Shown here piece after piece: positions 37,901 to 51,671 of a stretch of 64,000 nucleotides of DNA. The position numbers were made by a program, and so were the translations under genes. Each line of letters begins with the position of its first letter. Within the stretch, counting starts at the first letter, position 1. Source of the stretch: Fimbriosthenelais zetlandica (taxonomy: Eukaryota); assembly GCA_977030845.1 (NCBI GenBank), contig OZ365114.1, positions 18,352,001 to 18,416,000 on the forward strand, given 5' to 3'. The notes below the pieces were generated by a model. That model did not search any database. It saw only the letters and a program-made list of their open reading frames with translations, and was not told where the DNA came from.

Positions 37901-40900
37901 CAAATCATCGGCTGGCTTCTCTTATACATTTGATTGTAATAGGAGATAGAATGAGATGGCCCCACAACATACAACACCTTCGCTACTTCCCTTCCCCCGT
38001 AGAAACTCGAGTAGAATGAAAGATGCTTTTAATTAGAATTTAAACAACTACTGTCAGATAATCGTTGCCTAGACGCGTTTAATTCCCCATAAAGTCTTCC
38101 AAAGTAATCCCAGGAGCGTAGGAAAAGGAACAGGCTGAGTTGAGGGGAGCATCATAATGGCCTTCTACTTCACAATATATAAGAAAAAGACAAAAGTCTC
38201 CCTGGCACCAATTCCCTCAAGAACGCGTGCTTAGCACTCGATAATGGATTTGCCAAGACACCTTGGGGAAACATTGCCGGAACAAAACCAGTGACGTTCC
38301 TCAATTTCTTTCACAGCAAGCATGGGCTTGCAGATAAAACTAGATTGGAGGATTATCAATTAAAACCTGTAACCCAGGGATAGGCAGTAGATCCCTGAAG
38401 TGGGAAGCTATAGAGAGAGGGGGCGGCGTTGGGGGACCCTTAGCGCATTCACCCTTGATTGGCTGCCCTCATAAACCTGGCATTCTGGGACATCCGTTCA
38501 ACATGAAGACGAGGCTTTAGCCTCGCTTTCAGATCCCGTGAGCCGGTCTCCAGCAGCGGTATCGTCCATTCAGCTTTGATTTACCGTCGTCTAAAAATCT
38601 ACTTAAATTGGCACAGGAGAAAACGATGCATCCCTGCCATCCACCCCAACACTGCCATCCCCCCTTTGGCTCTGAAGTCTCAATCTCCAGCGCCACCCCC
38701 TCCCAACCTTCCTCACATAAACGAGTTGGCTGATGAAAATCACTTACTCATGGATTCTGCGAGGCCTAATAGTTGCGTGATCATCTGGCCCTAGGGAGAC
38801 ACTAGCGCCTGGCGGAAAGCACCACACTAAATACCAAAGTAGCCAGGAATCACAGGCTAGGAGGACGACAGGCTAATTTATAGCTCAGCCCACTGACAGA
38901 CAGGGCCCAGGCATGGGGGCTCTTTTATAAAGCCCATTTACTGACACATTCAGCCAATTTTTATACCAAATTTACCATTATTGTCCATACAGGAGATGTA
39001 AACACAATACTTCTCTCCTGATTTTGTTTCTCCACTGACTCTGATGTTCATATGAACCGACTAAAATTGATACCAAAGAGGAGCTACAAGAACATAGATC
39101 TATAGAGAGAGAGGTGCAATATATCTGAAACCAATGAATTTTTACTCTATATAAGGCTCAAGCTTCAGCTAAGATAGCAATATGTAATACACTAAACACC
39201 CAAAGCAAGATTTCTGCAGAGATAAATGGTAATGCATAGGAGTGCTGAAATTGCAAAAGCTAGAAGCTGATCTACTGAAACAGCACTCCCTTCGCAATTT
39301 TGGATAAGAACGTTGAAAAGAGGCACTGAATCAAATTTTAATGCAAGGATTTATGTTTTGATTGATGTGATGTAATGTATATGATATGAACTAAATAGTT
39401 CAAGGCAAAATTCATTTTATACAGCAAAGTCATGGCCATTCCTACAACCATATCCAGTTTCATTTTCGGTTCATAACATAAGAGCACTATCATCATTTAG
39501 GATATACGAGGTCAAAACAGCGTTCTCTTCAAAGAAGTGGGAAAAGCAGCGGGGATAATTGCATTAAGACTTGACTACGCAAAGCTGACTGAACGACTGA
39601 TTTGCCATCGATTACGAGTAATCGGATTAATACTCGAGTTTGAGCATACGAGGCAACTCCAGGGACGCACCAGATGGTTAAACTGATGGCTGACCGAGCA
39701 GCCCCGAAACATAAATTTACTGTAGGTAATATTCTGTATAGGTGAGGGGTCTTTCAAAGCGGCAAATCAGTCAGTTTAGTATATTCTTATTTTCTATGCA
39801 CACACTCGAGGTAATAAGATGTTGAATCTTCTAAAGCAGTGGGAAAAGCATTCAGAATCAAATATATTCTCTCTGATCCATCCAAAGCATGGGCATCTAC
39901 CGTTATAATGACATGGGAGATATGGCTGGTTGTTAGAGTTATTTTAGTAATTATAAAGGGGACCGTAAATGAATAACTACACATTTTCATCATGTCAGCA
40001 CATAACTTCAAGTAAAAGTGAACCAGACACAACTCGCTTTAGGCAAGGTCCCACACAGAGCAATTCCCTATCGGCAAGATGGCAAAACAGTATCGCCAAT
40101 ACATATTAAAAGGAGTGTTGCCACAGTAAAATGAGTGAAGCGCTGGACAGCATTGCTGTGTATGTATTGATGACCTGGCAATGGAATGCATATATTATGC
40201 AGCAATCGCCGCATTGCATTCAGTTATCCGCCATATATGATGGAGCAAGCAGGGCATCACTCTGTGTGGATCGTGGGCTCTTGTGTCATGCCAGCAAAAA
40301 ATACTTTAGATATCTAATTTGTCACTCTTCTTTCCCCAAATCACAAATACAGTACAAGCCCCCAATATTGCGCAGGGTATCGCTTACAGTGATGTAGTAT
40401 AATAATAAAAGATGGGATTATTTACCTGCCGATCAAGCTCATGCCGCCGCAGGATACGTATCTGGTCATAACACACAATAACAACACGGGTCAAATCCTT
40501 GATCAACCAAACAGCATAGCTACCCATCATAAACTAAAGCCCAACTCTTCATTTCAATTTGTTTCCCTGCTATTCATTTCTGTCATATTAAATTGCTGTT
40601 CAACGCATTAAATTGCACAGAAGAACCAAGTAATATTTTCCACTTTCATCTCAGCTTTCTTTTTTGTATGTTTTTTTGTGCATATTTTGTTATTTTATTT
40701 TCATGTATGACTTTAGAATATATTATATACCAGGAGATACATTAATACTTCATTAATACTTTGAAAAAAACACATTTATAATATACAAGAGGATGTCTCG
40801 CTTAATAGTATATCTTGCCTCATCTTGTCCTATTATACTTATCAAGCTTAATTGTAGCAGATTCCATACTTAAAGCACTTAAATAGTTTTCATAACTGAC

Positions 40901-42286
40901 GACAATGTGACAATGGATGTTGCATCTAGACAGACATCTAGACAACTTAATGAATGTGTTTAACAGACTCAATACTGATATGGTGCTTGTATAATGTGCT
41001 TTTAACAACAGGCGTGGGTGTTTCTGTTCTATATCAGCTGTGTTGCGCATAGCGACTTGGGGACGACTCAGTTGTGACGTCATGACTTCGTGAACAAGTC
41101 ATCCGCCAACTGCCAACTATCATAATGAGACTGCGTCTTAACATCCTCTTTTAGCTCATGTTCATTTGCAATAATACTTATACTTATGTATGACTTACAC
41201 ATCAGAGAGGGTGCTTTACTAACGAGCACATATATATGGAGTGTCTACAACAAATTAGGTTAATTAACCTGGTGCTTACTGTCTGTGCATGAAAGACCCA
41301 TTCTTTATTAAAGTAAAAGGATTCTATGCTCATTGTTCATCTGTGAAATCCTCAGTGAAATGATGAAGTATCTTTTAAGTGTGAACGAAAAGCCTGACAA
41401 AAGAAGAAGAACTGCGGCAGACAGAGAGTATGCTGTTCCCCATTATGATTCATGGATGTTTTTTTTAGGTTCTTGAAGTCTAATTTGGACAATTTCTTTA
41501 AATTTGCTATGGGCTCTTACTGTATGTAGTATGGAAAATACCCAAAACAGTTGATGGGAAGTTCTTAGAAGAAAACTTGCGGGAGGAAGGAGACTTGGAG
41601 GGGGGGGGGGGGGGGGGAGGGTGGATGGGACTGATCAAGGATGTGCTCAGTGTTGTGTGTATATAATATACGTGACATGACCAATATACGTCACCTGCAG
41701 GACCCAGAAGCCGATGACAATTGGGTATTAGGAGGAAATGATGCTGTTTGACGTAGGCAGCGTGCGTCATGCTGTGGGTCATGCTAAGTAAAGAAGACGT
41801 CACGTTTACCTCACTCACCTCGTCCGATGTGGACTTGTCCTGAGGACGCTGTAGAGCGCTGCTTACCCGGGGCGGGGTCTGGGGTGGCAACAGGTCGGGC
41901 AAGACTCCACTGTTACCCTGTCTCCCGTATTGCCCTGCAGAAAACATCCATTTTTATGCAATTTGAAAGATTAAATATACTTTCCAACTTGGATGACTTC
42001 GTATTAGAAAGCTGACATTACAGGAAAGTGTTTCTATCGTGGTTACATATTATTTTTTGCCAATAATGTTTGGGCCCTGCAGAATAGTACAATTTCCGTC
42101 ATATGCTATCTGTATATAATACTTTTAAAACAAATGTATAGGGTATTCTATGCAGGAGGAGTGAGGAAGGAGGCGCATACCTGGAGGGCTGGAGACATTG
42201 TCATTTGGCAGTGGTGGCGTCGGTTTGGAGCCAGCTCCATGGTGACGATCTCGATCCCGATGCTTATGGCGGTCTTCCTGATTGTT
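28928..42286 (-). CDS. msn: misshapen / MAP4K4-TNIK-MINK (GCK-IV Ste20 kinase), C-terminal part: linker + CNH domain; kinase exons lie beyond the window
   Basis: Phase-consistent GT-AG exons: 42181-42286, 41819-41934, 36788-37091, 36541-36606, 36269-36414, 33284-33448, 33026-33175, 29597-29675, 29381-29461, 29124-29263, 28928-29011. Family hallmarks: [118 protein letters not shown]. Confidence 0.95.
30390..30510. repeat. About 31-bp minisatellite, 4 units
   Basis: ccaatgtgacacagtggcaatg-like units at 30396, 30427, 30457 and 30488. Confidence 0.85.
31170..31296. promoter_or_regulatory. Intronic promoter-like module: tandem X-boxes plus two TGACG/CCAAT pairs
   Basis: GTAACCATGGAAAC (31170), GTTGTCATGCCAAC (31185), TGACG-ACCAATCAG (31241-31254) and TGACG-GATTGG (31286-31296). 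Confidence 0.45.
35816..35875 (-). CDS. Candidate 60-nt cassette exon of msn ([20 protein letters not shown])
   Basis: taaatacag acceptor and AAA|GTAAGG donor; phase 0/0 matches the flanking exons; no stop codon. Confidence 0.55.
40426..40461 (-). CDS. Candidate 36-nt microexon of msn ([12 protein letters not shown])
   Basis: tgtgtgttatgaccag acceptor and CAG|GTAAAT donor; phase 0/0 matches the flanking exons; no stop codon. Confidence 0.55.
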
Positions 42287-45200
42287 CTGTAAAAGACAAT
42301 ACAACACGCATTGAATATTTATTATACAATCATCTTCAGCTTAAGGCAAACAGACATCCCAAATAGTCATTCATATAATATACTAAATCTAAATGATCAT
42401 AGATCATAGTTGGCTATATATTGCATTGGGTGAAGACTAAATCATCATGTAGGCCTAGTGCCATGGCTCCTTTCCTTTAACTGTACCCTGAATGGCATAC
42501 AGATGCCATACAGTTCTCATGGTTTCTGCATGCCACAGAATTGATTCCTCTTTGAGGTATTTTAAACCCACGGGATGAACATCTTTTGCCTCTAGTCTCT
42601 GGAGCCTATTTGCATGTCATGAAAACGTGACCAACCTGCAGGAGCTGACATGTGGACCCCCCGTCCCCCACTTCAGTTTCCGCCCAGCGTTCTTTGACAT
42701 TTTCTGAAGGGAATTCTATGCATAATCTTGATTAGAAGAATAGAGCAAGAGGCATGCAGCTGGGAAGGGTGATCTTTTCCACCACCACCTTCTCCGCTGC
42801 ATCTGTGTGCACATTTCAGGCGATCCTTGCTGGTTGTTTTGAAATCTCAAAATGATCAATTACTGTTAAAAACTGCGCCGAGGTGGATCGAAGTTTGAGT
42901 TAAACAGGGATGGAGCTTATTCCGAGGAGAATTTGTCTGCCTGTCACAGGCATGGCAGGATATTATCCAATACATCATATAATACAACGGGAAGCCCCTT
43001 AATATAATTAAATGTCAGACTGTAAAGTAACTTATTCACATTGCTGGCTCTGAAAGGGCAATAAGTCTTTATTTCATTTCAGTTTTCAGTCCCAAGAAAC
43101 ATATGCAGTGGGCATATAAAACATATACGCTTCAAAAACCACCCTCAGGATCATTTTGACTTTTCCTTCTGGCTCCTAGATTCTATCACAGTCCTGATCA
43201 GATGGATTATGCAGCTGTTGCCACTGCAGTAAAAAGAGTGGCATTGTTTGGAGGTGGGAATGGGTGGTGTGCTTTTTTGGGGAGGCATTTCTCAGCCAGG
43301 CTCAGGGAAGCGACAGATGACAAGCATTAAAGCCATCCGGCTCACTCTCAACGCCACATCAACACGTGGTGATCGGTGGCAGAACAAGAGGCTTAAGTCA
43401 TTCTTCGTGGATGTCATTGTGAAAGATAGAAATCAAGTATGATTTTACTATTAATTTACTAGCCAGATACTGAAATTGTATCCCATCATTACACCATTTC
43501 ACTATAGGCCTTATAATCGAAGAAGAAACCAGATTGTTCATCAATATTTTCAAGTAGATGTACTTGAGCAAAGTCAGTTTCATAGGGAAAGACTAGGAAT
43601 AGGAGACGTGAAGTAAGAAGCTGCGGTCTCAAGTGGCACCACGGGAAATCAAACAAATTGGTGCATAATGACTAAGATTTTCAAACGAAGCAAGGCGCCA
43701 GGTCACATGACATCTCCCGAGAGCTCCCACGCCCTCTGGTGTTTAATTTTGAGTAGTATTTGAACCTCGCCTAAACATCACTCATGATGATTGGTTGTGT
43801 TAATGACGATAAAAAAACGTTGGCAATAAATAAGATATGGCCCCAAGGGGCTAGTTGAGGGGGGAGGGAGACGGCCCAAAACCTGTCATTCGTTACAGGC
43901 TTGAGGACGGACGTAGCACAGCAAGGACTAAGCACAAGCTTTAGCCACCAAGAACAATTAAGTAGATGGAAGATATAGATGATAATTATCTTTGGATAAT
44001 CCTTATAGATGTTTGTGTGGCAGTAAGACTGTGATTTCTTGCTCATAGTCATTTGAGATAAGCTTTTGATTTGCGATATGAGCATCCTGAAGATCCTGAC
44101 TGGGATTTCACTACATGTTCCTTTAATGATTAATGTGTCATGAATTGATGCATGATTACCCACGCAAAAACACGCTAAAAAGATTTAAATAAGTCTTTTA
44201 TTGTATTACTATATTCCGCTTCGGTTGCCATACAAGCCAATTCAGGCATGTTGCGACGTAGTTTTTTCCCCATCATTTTCCCAATATTGGTCGCAAAACC
44301 TACCTGAAGTGAATTGGTGAAGTTGGATTTTTTTCCAGCCTGACCTGAATTCCCCATGCCATGCTGACTGGATCGGTGTCATGGGAACGAAGCTAATTGC
44401 CAATCAAATATAGCGTGGATCTCTCCCCCGTCTCAGGGGGAAGATGCTAAATGGATGCTCTGTATAGATGTTTGTGCGTGTGGGTATAAGGTGTCCCAAC
44501 AGGACACAGTCCGATACAATGCCTTACATTTGCTGAATTCATGGATTCTGTAAACCACTTAACAGCAATGGCATATACAACATCCAAATGAATATCCTAG
44601 CATATACAGTATGTTGACCTTTCCCGAGTGTAGAATGAAGAGGATGTCTCCAATGTTATGGCCATTACCTCGCATTAACAACCTCTCCGCATTAGGGTCA
44701 GCTAATATTGCTAAGAAAATTACATGAATAATACGTCCACAGCCCAATTATAAGCACAGGTAGTTAATATCATTATATATGGATGTACGGGGATGCCTGA
44801 ATTCAGAGAAAGACAGATAAGCCTGCCATTTGCAGAAAGAGAGTTGATAGAATCAGCAATTAGATGTTAATAATTATCCCTATCATGAGGGCTATTTTAT
44901 AAGAGGTACATTTAATTAGTATCTCCCCACCGCAGTTTACAAAATCTTTGTGAAAAACACAGGAACTACCATTGCCTAAAAAGCTCCACGGGCTAATCGT
45001 AAAATGGATAAGCAGACTCATCTCTAAATCAATCTCATATATCAGTGAATACTGATCCTATCCTTTGAAGGTTTTAATGATCAAAGAATTGAGTTACTAG
45101 GGGAGCGATCAAGGGAACATTAAATCAAGTGTGACAGTGGAGTGCTGTAAAAAGCGAAGGCTTTTATCACTTTTTTAAAGGCAAATCTTTCCGAAGGGCT

Positions 45201-45375
45201 TGTACTGCATTGAATGTTCAGCTCGCTTGTGACATTAGGCCTAATGTTAATTATATAATGGCTCATATGTCGAGCAGCCAGTATAATATTATAGCCTGCA
45301 TGTGTAATTAAATGGGTTTGAACTCTGAAGGAGCAGGGAAAGGCACCAATGCTCTTGCATTGTAAATAACCACTA

Positions 45376-45455
45376 AATGGAACCCTGAAGGACTGAAGAA
45401 ACTGACCAAGTTCTCGAATGGAACCTTAAGGGACTGAAGAAACTGACCGAATGCT
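45376..45455. repeat. 41-bp tandem duplication
   Basis: aatggaacc.t.a.ggactgaagaaactgacc at 45376 and 45417. Confidence 0.8.
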
Positions 45456-47880
45456 CCCATGTGGCAAAAAAATCAAACTGCCCTTTCAACTGATCCCGTG
45501 CAATGTATCTTCACGTATTTTCGTGAAAAAATGACACTGAACCAGAATGAAAAGGATAATGCATGGTGATACTTCATGGCATATGTCTACAGGGTGTTAT
45601 TAATCCCCATCAAATACCAATCGTGCCTCATGCATTATATGATAGAGCCCATAGGATCTTGTTGGACAGAGTGAGGGAGGGATTTGGGCGGGGTCAGTAC
45701 TAGATCCAGGCTGGTGGAGGGGTGATCATTGTCAGATCTGAATTCATCCTTCATAATCATTGCTTCACAGTATGCTTCCTCCACCTATACTCTATGCCAA
45801 ATGCGTTCATCTGGGCATGTAAAAACCCTCATAAACCGAACCTAATCCCGACTCAACGTAGCCGAGTATAGCATCCTTTACTGTCTCTGGCTGCACATCC
45901 TCATTGCTATCCATCAGTCAGGCATGCTGTCATTCTTACATGCTTAATGTCTCCCATCCTGCACACCATCGCCACACTTAAAGCAGGCCTCCACATCAAA
46001 GGCCAGTCAGCCCTCATCACAAGTCAGTATGGAAGGGGTTATTGATTAGATTCTTCTGACAGATTACCTGGGTGATAAGATAAAGTGGAGGGAAATGCAT
46101 ATCATAATCTATGCAGACAAGCCACTATGCTTTGTCCGTCAGGACGAGACTGGAGATACACAGGGATTTGCAGATAGAGTTGGAAAGAGCAATAAAAGCC
46201 GCTGCTTGGGAAAACGAGCGAACGAGGGCACTATTATAAATAACAGACTTCAAAGACAAAGTGGAGACGATTCAAAATTAGCAGCAAAAGCAAAATGCTA
46301 GACACAAACCATAAACAGCTAGTCCTTTGATTTCTTACTTTTGAAGGCAGCTAAAAGGGTGCCTCCTCGGCATTTTAAGGGCATTTTGACAGGTGTTCGA
46401 AAGATAGGCTCTTGAGGTGCAACATCCACATCAGCTTAGGTTGACAACAGAATAGCTGCTCCGCACTTTGCAGAATCTCTGCTATCAAAATAAATACAGA
46501 GTATTTGGGCAGTTCAAAGAGCGCCCTGCGTTAGGGAATTTAGCCTTATGCATAAGTATTATACTAACAAATGCCTTTCCTTTCCCCAATGTATTGACCA
46601 GCGAGCTTAGGTAAAAGTTTGCTATCAGTGATAAGTTCCTTCTCTTCCTTCTTTATTAACGTGAGATCAATCCAAGCACCTCTCAACTAAAAAGGTGTGA
46701 TGGTGGGCACAGCGTCTCTGATCTCGCTTCACAAAACACAGTCCCCCGGTGTTGTTTGTGGCGCTCGTTAATTAGCACTGAGAACTCATTAGAGCCAATG
46801 ACTCGGGATGGATGGTTTATTGGATCTTGTAAGGGAGGAGTGGCTGCACCAGCTTTTGTTCCTCTCACATGCCTACATCTCTCCGCCTGATGGAGAAGAC
46901 CAAGCCTGGTGAACACGTGGCAATCAATCATCCATGCTCCAGAATTAATATCATGCTCTCCCTTCCCTCCTCCAGCAAATTACTTACAACACACTTCGTG
47001 ACTTCTAAGCTACCTGCTACATCGCCCACTTCACACTAAGAGCCCACAGGATCTTTTTTCTCTCTTACAGACTCTAAATGTATATATTCTTAGCTTTTAT
47101 GGCAATGGCAGCAATCGCAAGCTGGGATGTAAGTATTAGCCCACAGCAATCATGGGCTGTCTCCATTGGCGTGACATAAAAATATCCAGTTTCAATATCC
47201 AATTATCGTCTCTGTGGTCTGTCACTTTAAATGTAAATTCATTTTTACCACTGACAGTCGGCCAAGACACGTTTACTGTGAATGCAAAGAATCAAACTGA
47301 ATGCCATATATGTATGGTCTTATAGACCTTCAAAGTCTCATTGTATTGTAATGGAAGTGATTTCCACATAAAACAAGTCTTTTATGTCTGACACAGAGAT
47401 AAGACAGGAATGGGGGAGCTGAACAGGCCTGTTCTACATGATAAATCTTGTTCAAGGCCTGTAGAGGGAGGGACGGGGGTTATATGGGCTGGGAGGTAGG
47501 AAACCTAATCAGCCAACACCCTTTTCCTGACTCCATATAGAGCCTAGGCATCAATAACTAATTAGCTGGTATTAAAGACCTGATATCCAAACTAATCTCA
47601 GACAGGATCATCACTCCAGTCATGGCGTAAAGTCATTAAAAGTTGGAATGAGACCTGCCTCGCCCAGCTAATGGCACTTATTTCATTCCAATTTCATAAA
47701 TCGTGCCATCAATTTTTGCCGCCCGAGGTCACCAATGATGAAATATCATCGCCATGATGGGTAATTGCCTAATATTTGATCGCCGGCTAGTGTATATTAT
47801 CCAGAGTGATTGGATGAAAATGGAAGCACTCTGTCATGAGAGAATTTCAAGCTGAACTGCCCCGGAGGCAGACTATCGCC

Positions 47881-47896
47881 ACCGGAAGTGACGTCA
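47881..47896. promoter_or_regulatory. ETS-CRE composite element
   Basis: ACCGGAAGTGACGTCA is an overlapping ETS site (CCGGAAGT) and full CRE (TGACGTCA). Confidence 0.5.
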
Positions 47897-50800
47897 AGTA
47901 GGGGAGATTGTTGGAGGCAACAAATTCTCTTGGACAGCGGGGTAACATCAGGTCCATCTTATATAAGTCAGCAGTGAGCTATAAAACGTACATAATACCG
48001 TTTTTCATCTCTATCCTAATACACTTAATGTATTCCCCGTGTTCCTGAGGGAAGAATTATGGAAGAGGCTTGAACCATTCCATCACCATTACTGACCCCA
48101 TTACCGGGAGTGGTCAGGTGAAGAAGGGCCTAACAGAGCCGGCTATTTATGAAATGTACACAACCTGTCCTCCCATATTATATGTCATGTATACGCAAGC
48201 CTTGTAGCAGTAAAAAATGCATGGACAAAGTGCATTGGATGCATTCTTCATGCCAACTGAGATGGACGAGTGACGGCACAACACAGTCATAATCAAATGA
48301 TGGACAACGCCAGAGTAAGAGAGTTCAGGATGCCCTGACCATGTAAAAATCAGTATCAAATTTGGTAACCTTAAAGGAAGTAAGCCACGTTGTCGTTTTT
48401 ACATAAGCACGCCAGACAAACATGATGAGTTGTCAAAATTTAATGCTCAGACAATCATGTTCCTACATGCAGGATGCGACACTCAGCAGATGTTAAAACT
48501 CATAAAAATAATGCAAGGCAAGCATTTTTTTCAACAAATTTTTATGACCTCCCTCAAATAATGTGTACCATAGGAAAAGTACACACAGCTGTTCAGCAAA
48601 GGCAATTTACACGATGATACGAATAAACCAGTTCAGTTTGAAACAGTTTCATCTTCAATTCAAGTCAGATATTGGCAGGAATATATCTCAATAAAACCTG
48701 AGATGAGCAAGCGGCAAGCTGGCAAGAAGAGTGAGGCAAGGAAAAGCCAGTGCAACCTGTTAGCATACTGGTACTCAGAGTGCATTTGTATGTTCCCTCC
48801 ATTCTACCGGAAATGAGATGTCAGAATTGGAATTTCCCTTTCCGATGCGAGAGCCAGGGTGGCTGGAGATGGTGCTGTGACCCTATAGCAGGATGATAAT
48901 CAATCAGGGACTTTAACTAATCTCTGTCGTCAATAACGGTTAAAACCTGGGCTAGCTAGTCAGAAGGACGTCAATAGACATTCTCCTCACTGGCTTTTGA
49001 GATGATTTAAATAACTTGCGCGTGGCGGTGGATTTCCACAAGCTGAGCCGCTGAAGGAAGAGGCACAGAGTGATTTTTTCCTCTTTTGTCTGCTCTGCTG
49101 ATCAAGGTTTTGTCAGTCTAGACAGTGACACATCACATATCCCCTCACTGAATTACATCTAGCTGGCAGAGAAAAGCAGGATTAATGTTTGCCACTGCTG
49201 GCTCAGAGACGTTGCTTGATAGACTGACGTTTGGGATAAACGGTGGCAAGTGTTCAAAGAGGGGCAACTCACTATCAATTATCATCCAAATGACAGGCAA
49301 AGACTGGCCGAGGAAAAGAAAGAAGGCTTTCAAGCGCTATCAACTCATGTCATTGAATCTTGTCAATACCAAGTTTGAATTTCTCACAGATAAGTGATAG
49401 GCTGTTTGAACAAATGGCGTCGATAAAACACATGGTTGCTTAACACCTCCTCTCAGCGATTCGCTGGTACTAACAGAACTAGCAAGAATACCTCCCGCGC
49501 CAACCTTCAATATACATCATTGACCCCGGCCTCCAAAAAACAACTTTAACCTTGAGCAAAAAACAACCTAAACCTAATCCAATTTGGCCGTGTGTCAATA
49601 GTGATCTTGGAAGCTCAGGTTCAGGAACCCGTCATGGCAATAGAAGACACGGAATGGGTCCTTTTCTCTAAGGGGATTGCCTTCCCTAATCTGCTGGTCC
49701 CCTGGTCTGCCAGCAACATGACTGGTCCCAGGGTGCTGTCTAAGTAGTACAACAAAAGACCTTAGAAGCAGACATGATCCTATCTGCTCAGCTCCGTGAG
49801 GTGCCTTTTTTAGATCGGGACAGCCGAAGGCTAGATAAGCGCAGACCGATAAATTGGTTCCTCAACTGGTTCAAAATAAACCTCAGATGACCTCCTCCCT
49901 CTGGAATCTGGACTGAGACTCTTTTCCAGCTACTGATTGGATTACCTCTGAGCAGCTCAGAGCAAGATGCGCGTTCACCTTTGGCCCAATGTGGCCCCTG
50001 CCCCATAATCACAGGGCCACGGATTCAATGTATTTACAATGCATCCTCACAAGACAGATGGAAGACCCAAGAAATAAAATGAGAAGGAGGTCACAGTCAT
50101 GTACTCACACTGATGAACATAGGCAAAAGATAGGCCCTACACTAGTAGATCTTAGATGGAAATCAACAGGAGCGTCATCATGTGCCAAATCAAGAAATAT
50201 GCCAAGGATAAATCTCATTTCAAATATGTACGTCCAAGTGAACAAAGTACATTTTAAAGCCTCAGCGCCGACATTAGGGCCTACTTCAAGACCACCTATG
50301 GTTAATAAAGAGTTACATCCCAGAGTCAGAAAAATGCCTTCGAACTGCATACCAACCAATCACATTAAATGCAGAGAGATCCCTGAGTCTGTGACTACAT
50401 CATGTAAAATGGTCTAGGAAGGATGGAAAATATGGCTGAGATACCATTAAGGTTATACCCATAATGACCATTATTAGGTCTCAGCCTCGCAACTCCATTA
50501 GTTCTTGCGTTGTTCCATAACCCTAATGCTATAAAGGTATATGTAGTTAGATGCTGGGAAATTAGATGTTGTTCCACCTCCCCGTCTCTCTACTTACCCA
50601 GCCCCTTGGGCTATACTTTCTTGTGTGTATTACAAAGGCACAAAAAAGCCTGGCCCTTCCTCAATGAGACCCTCAGATAACTTATGAAAAGGGACTTTAC
50701 TGGAGGCGCATAATTACTTCTTCAAAAGGGTGGTGTAGGAGCAAGAAATTAGCCAAATTACAGTCTACAAATCCACTTATCATTGTCAAACTAGAAGAAT

Positions 50801-51657
50801 TACTGATGGAATTTGCCGAATAATTAGGGGACTCTGAGAGCGCATCTCCTGCTTTGACTTCCAGGAAACGAATCCCTCGATTGGCTGGTGGCAGGAGTCG
50901 GTCAGTCAGATCTGGACCGGCAAGGAGCCAGCGATTACAGGCAATCTCAGAGCCGATTTCTTCACAATCAAAGCCGTCACTGGCCGTAAAGGAGATCAGT
51001 GCATCAGGTTGACGAAAGCTTCCGGTTCTAGAGATCTGTTCTGAGAAATGGCATCCCGACCTATCTTCGCTAAAATATTCCAGTACACTTCCGTTTAGTC
51101 TTTAAATACACCAATTCAATCCAATTTATACTCCACCAAAACTGAAATACTCTCTACCCAGAAGTGCATTCTGATCACAAATACAAAGCCAGACAATACA
51201 TCCAGATATATATGAATACAGTGTTGAAGCCTTGAAAAGGTCATCCCACCGAAAGTGTTGACATCATCCAATTTAAAAACTGAACCCTTGACAATCACCC
51301 ATTTTCATATCCTACTAACATTTGACCATCGCCTTAAGCCACTTTCCATATACTATGTGATAATGGGAGTGAATGTAGCTTTTTCTCCCAAAATATATGA
51401 CCCGCAAGTGGCTGGAACATAGGCTTAATCTCGGAGAAATGAGGGCATCCTAGTGGATCCAATTTAATGGCATGTGACTAATTATCGCTATCACTTTAGC
51501 CTATCAACCAATAAATTGTATAGTATGTGGCCCGGACTCAACAGGCCTCTTCCCAATCAGCGGTGACTGGCGGTCAGCGGGGGAACCTGCTCACCATCCA
51601 GATTACCCTCATCCCCCTCCCACCACCCAATCTCATCAGCTTCATATCGTTACCATA

Positions 51658-51671
51658 GTTGCCATGGTGAC
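51658..51671. promoter_or_regulatory. RFX X-box
   Basis: GTTGCCATGGTGAC (reverse complement GTCACCATGGCAAC fits the consensus). Confidence 0.5.

Noticed and set aside
38470-38590. CpG-rich exon-like segment in an msn intron
   Set aside because: No acceptor/donor pair gives a stop-free phase-0/0 exon.
39575-39757. Minus-strand ORF with an acceptor at 39719
   Set aside because: In the phase required by the upstream exon it starts with TAA; the open frames are phase-incompatible.
41599-41617. Poly-G run producing a poly-Pro stretch in ORF 41507-41947
   Set aside because: Simple intronic homopolymer downstream of the real donor at 41819.
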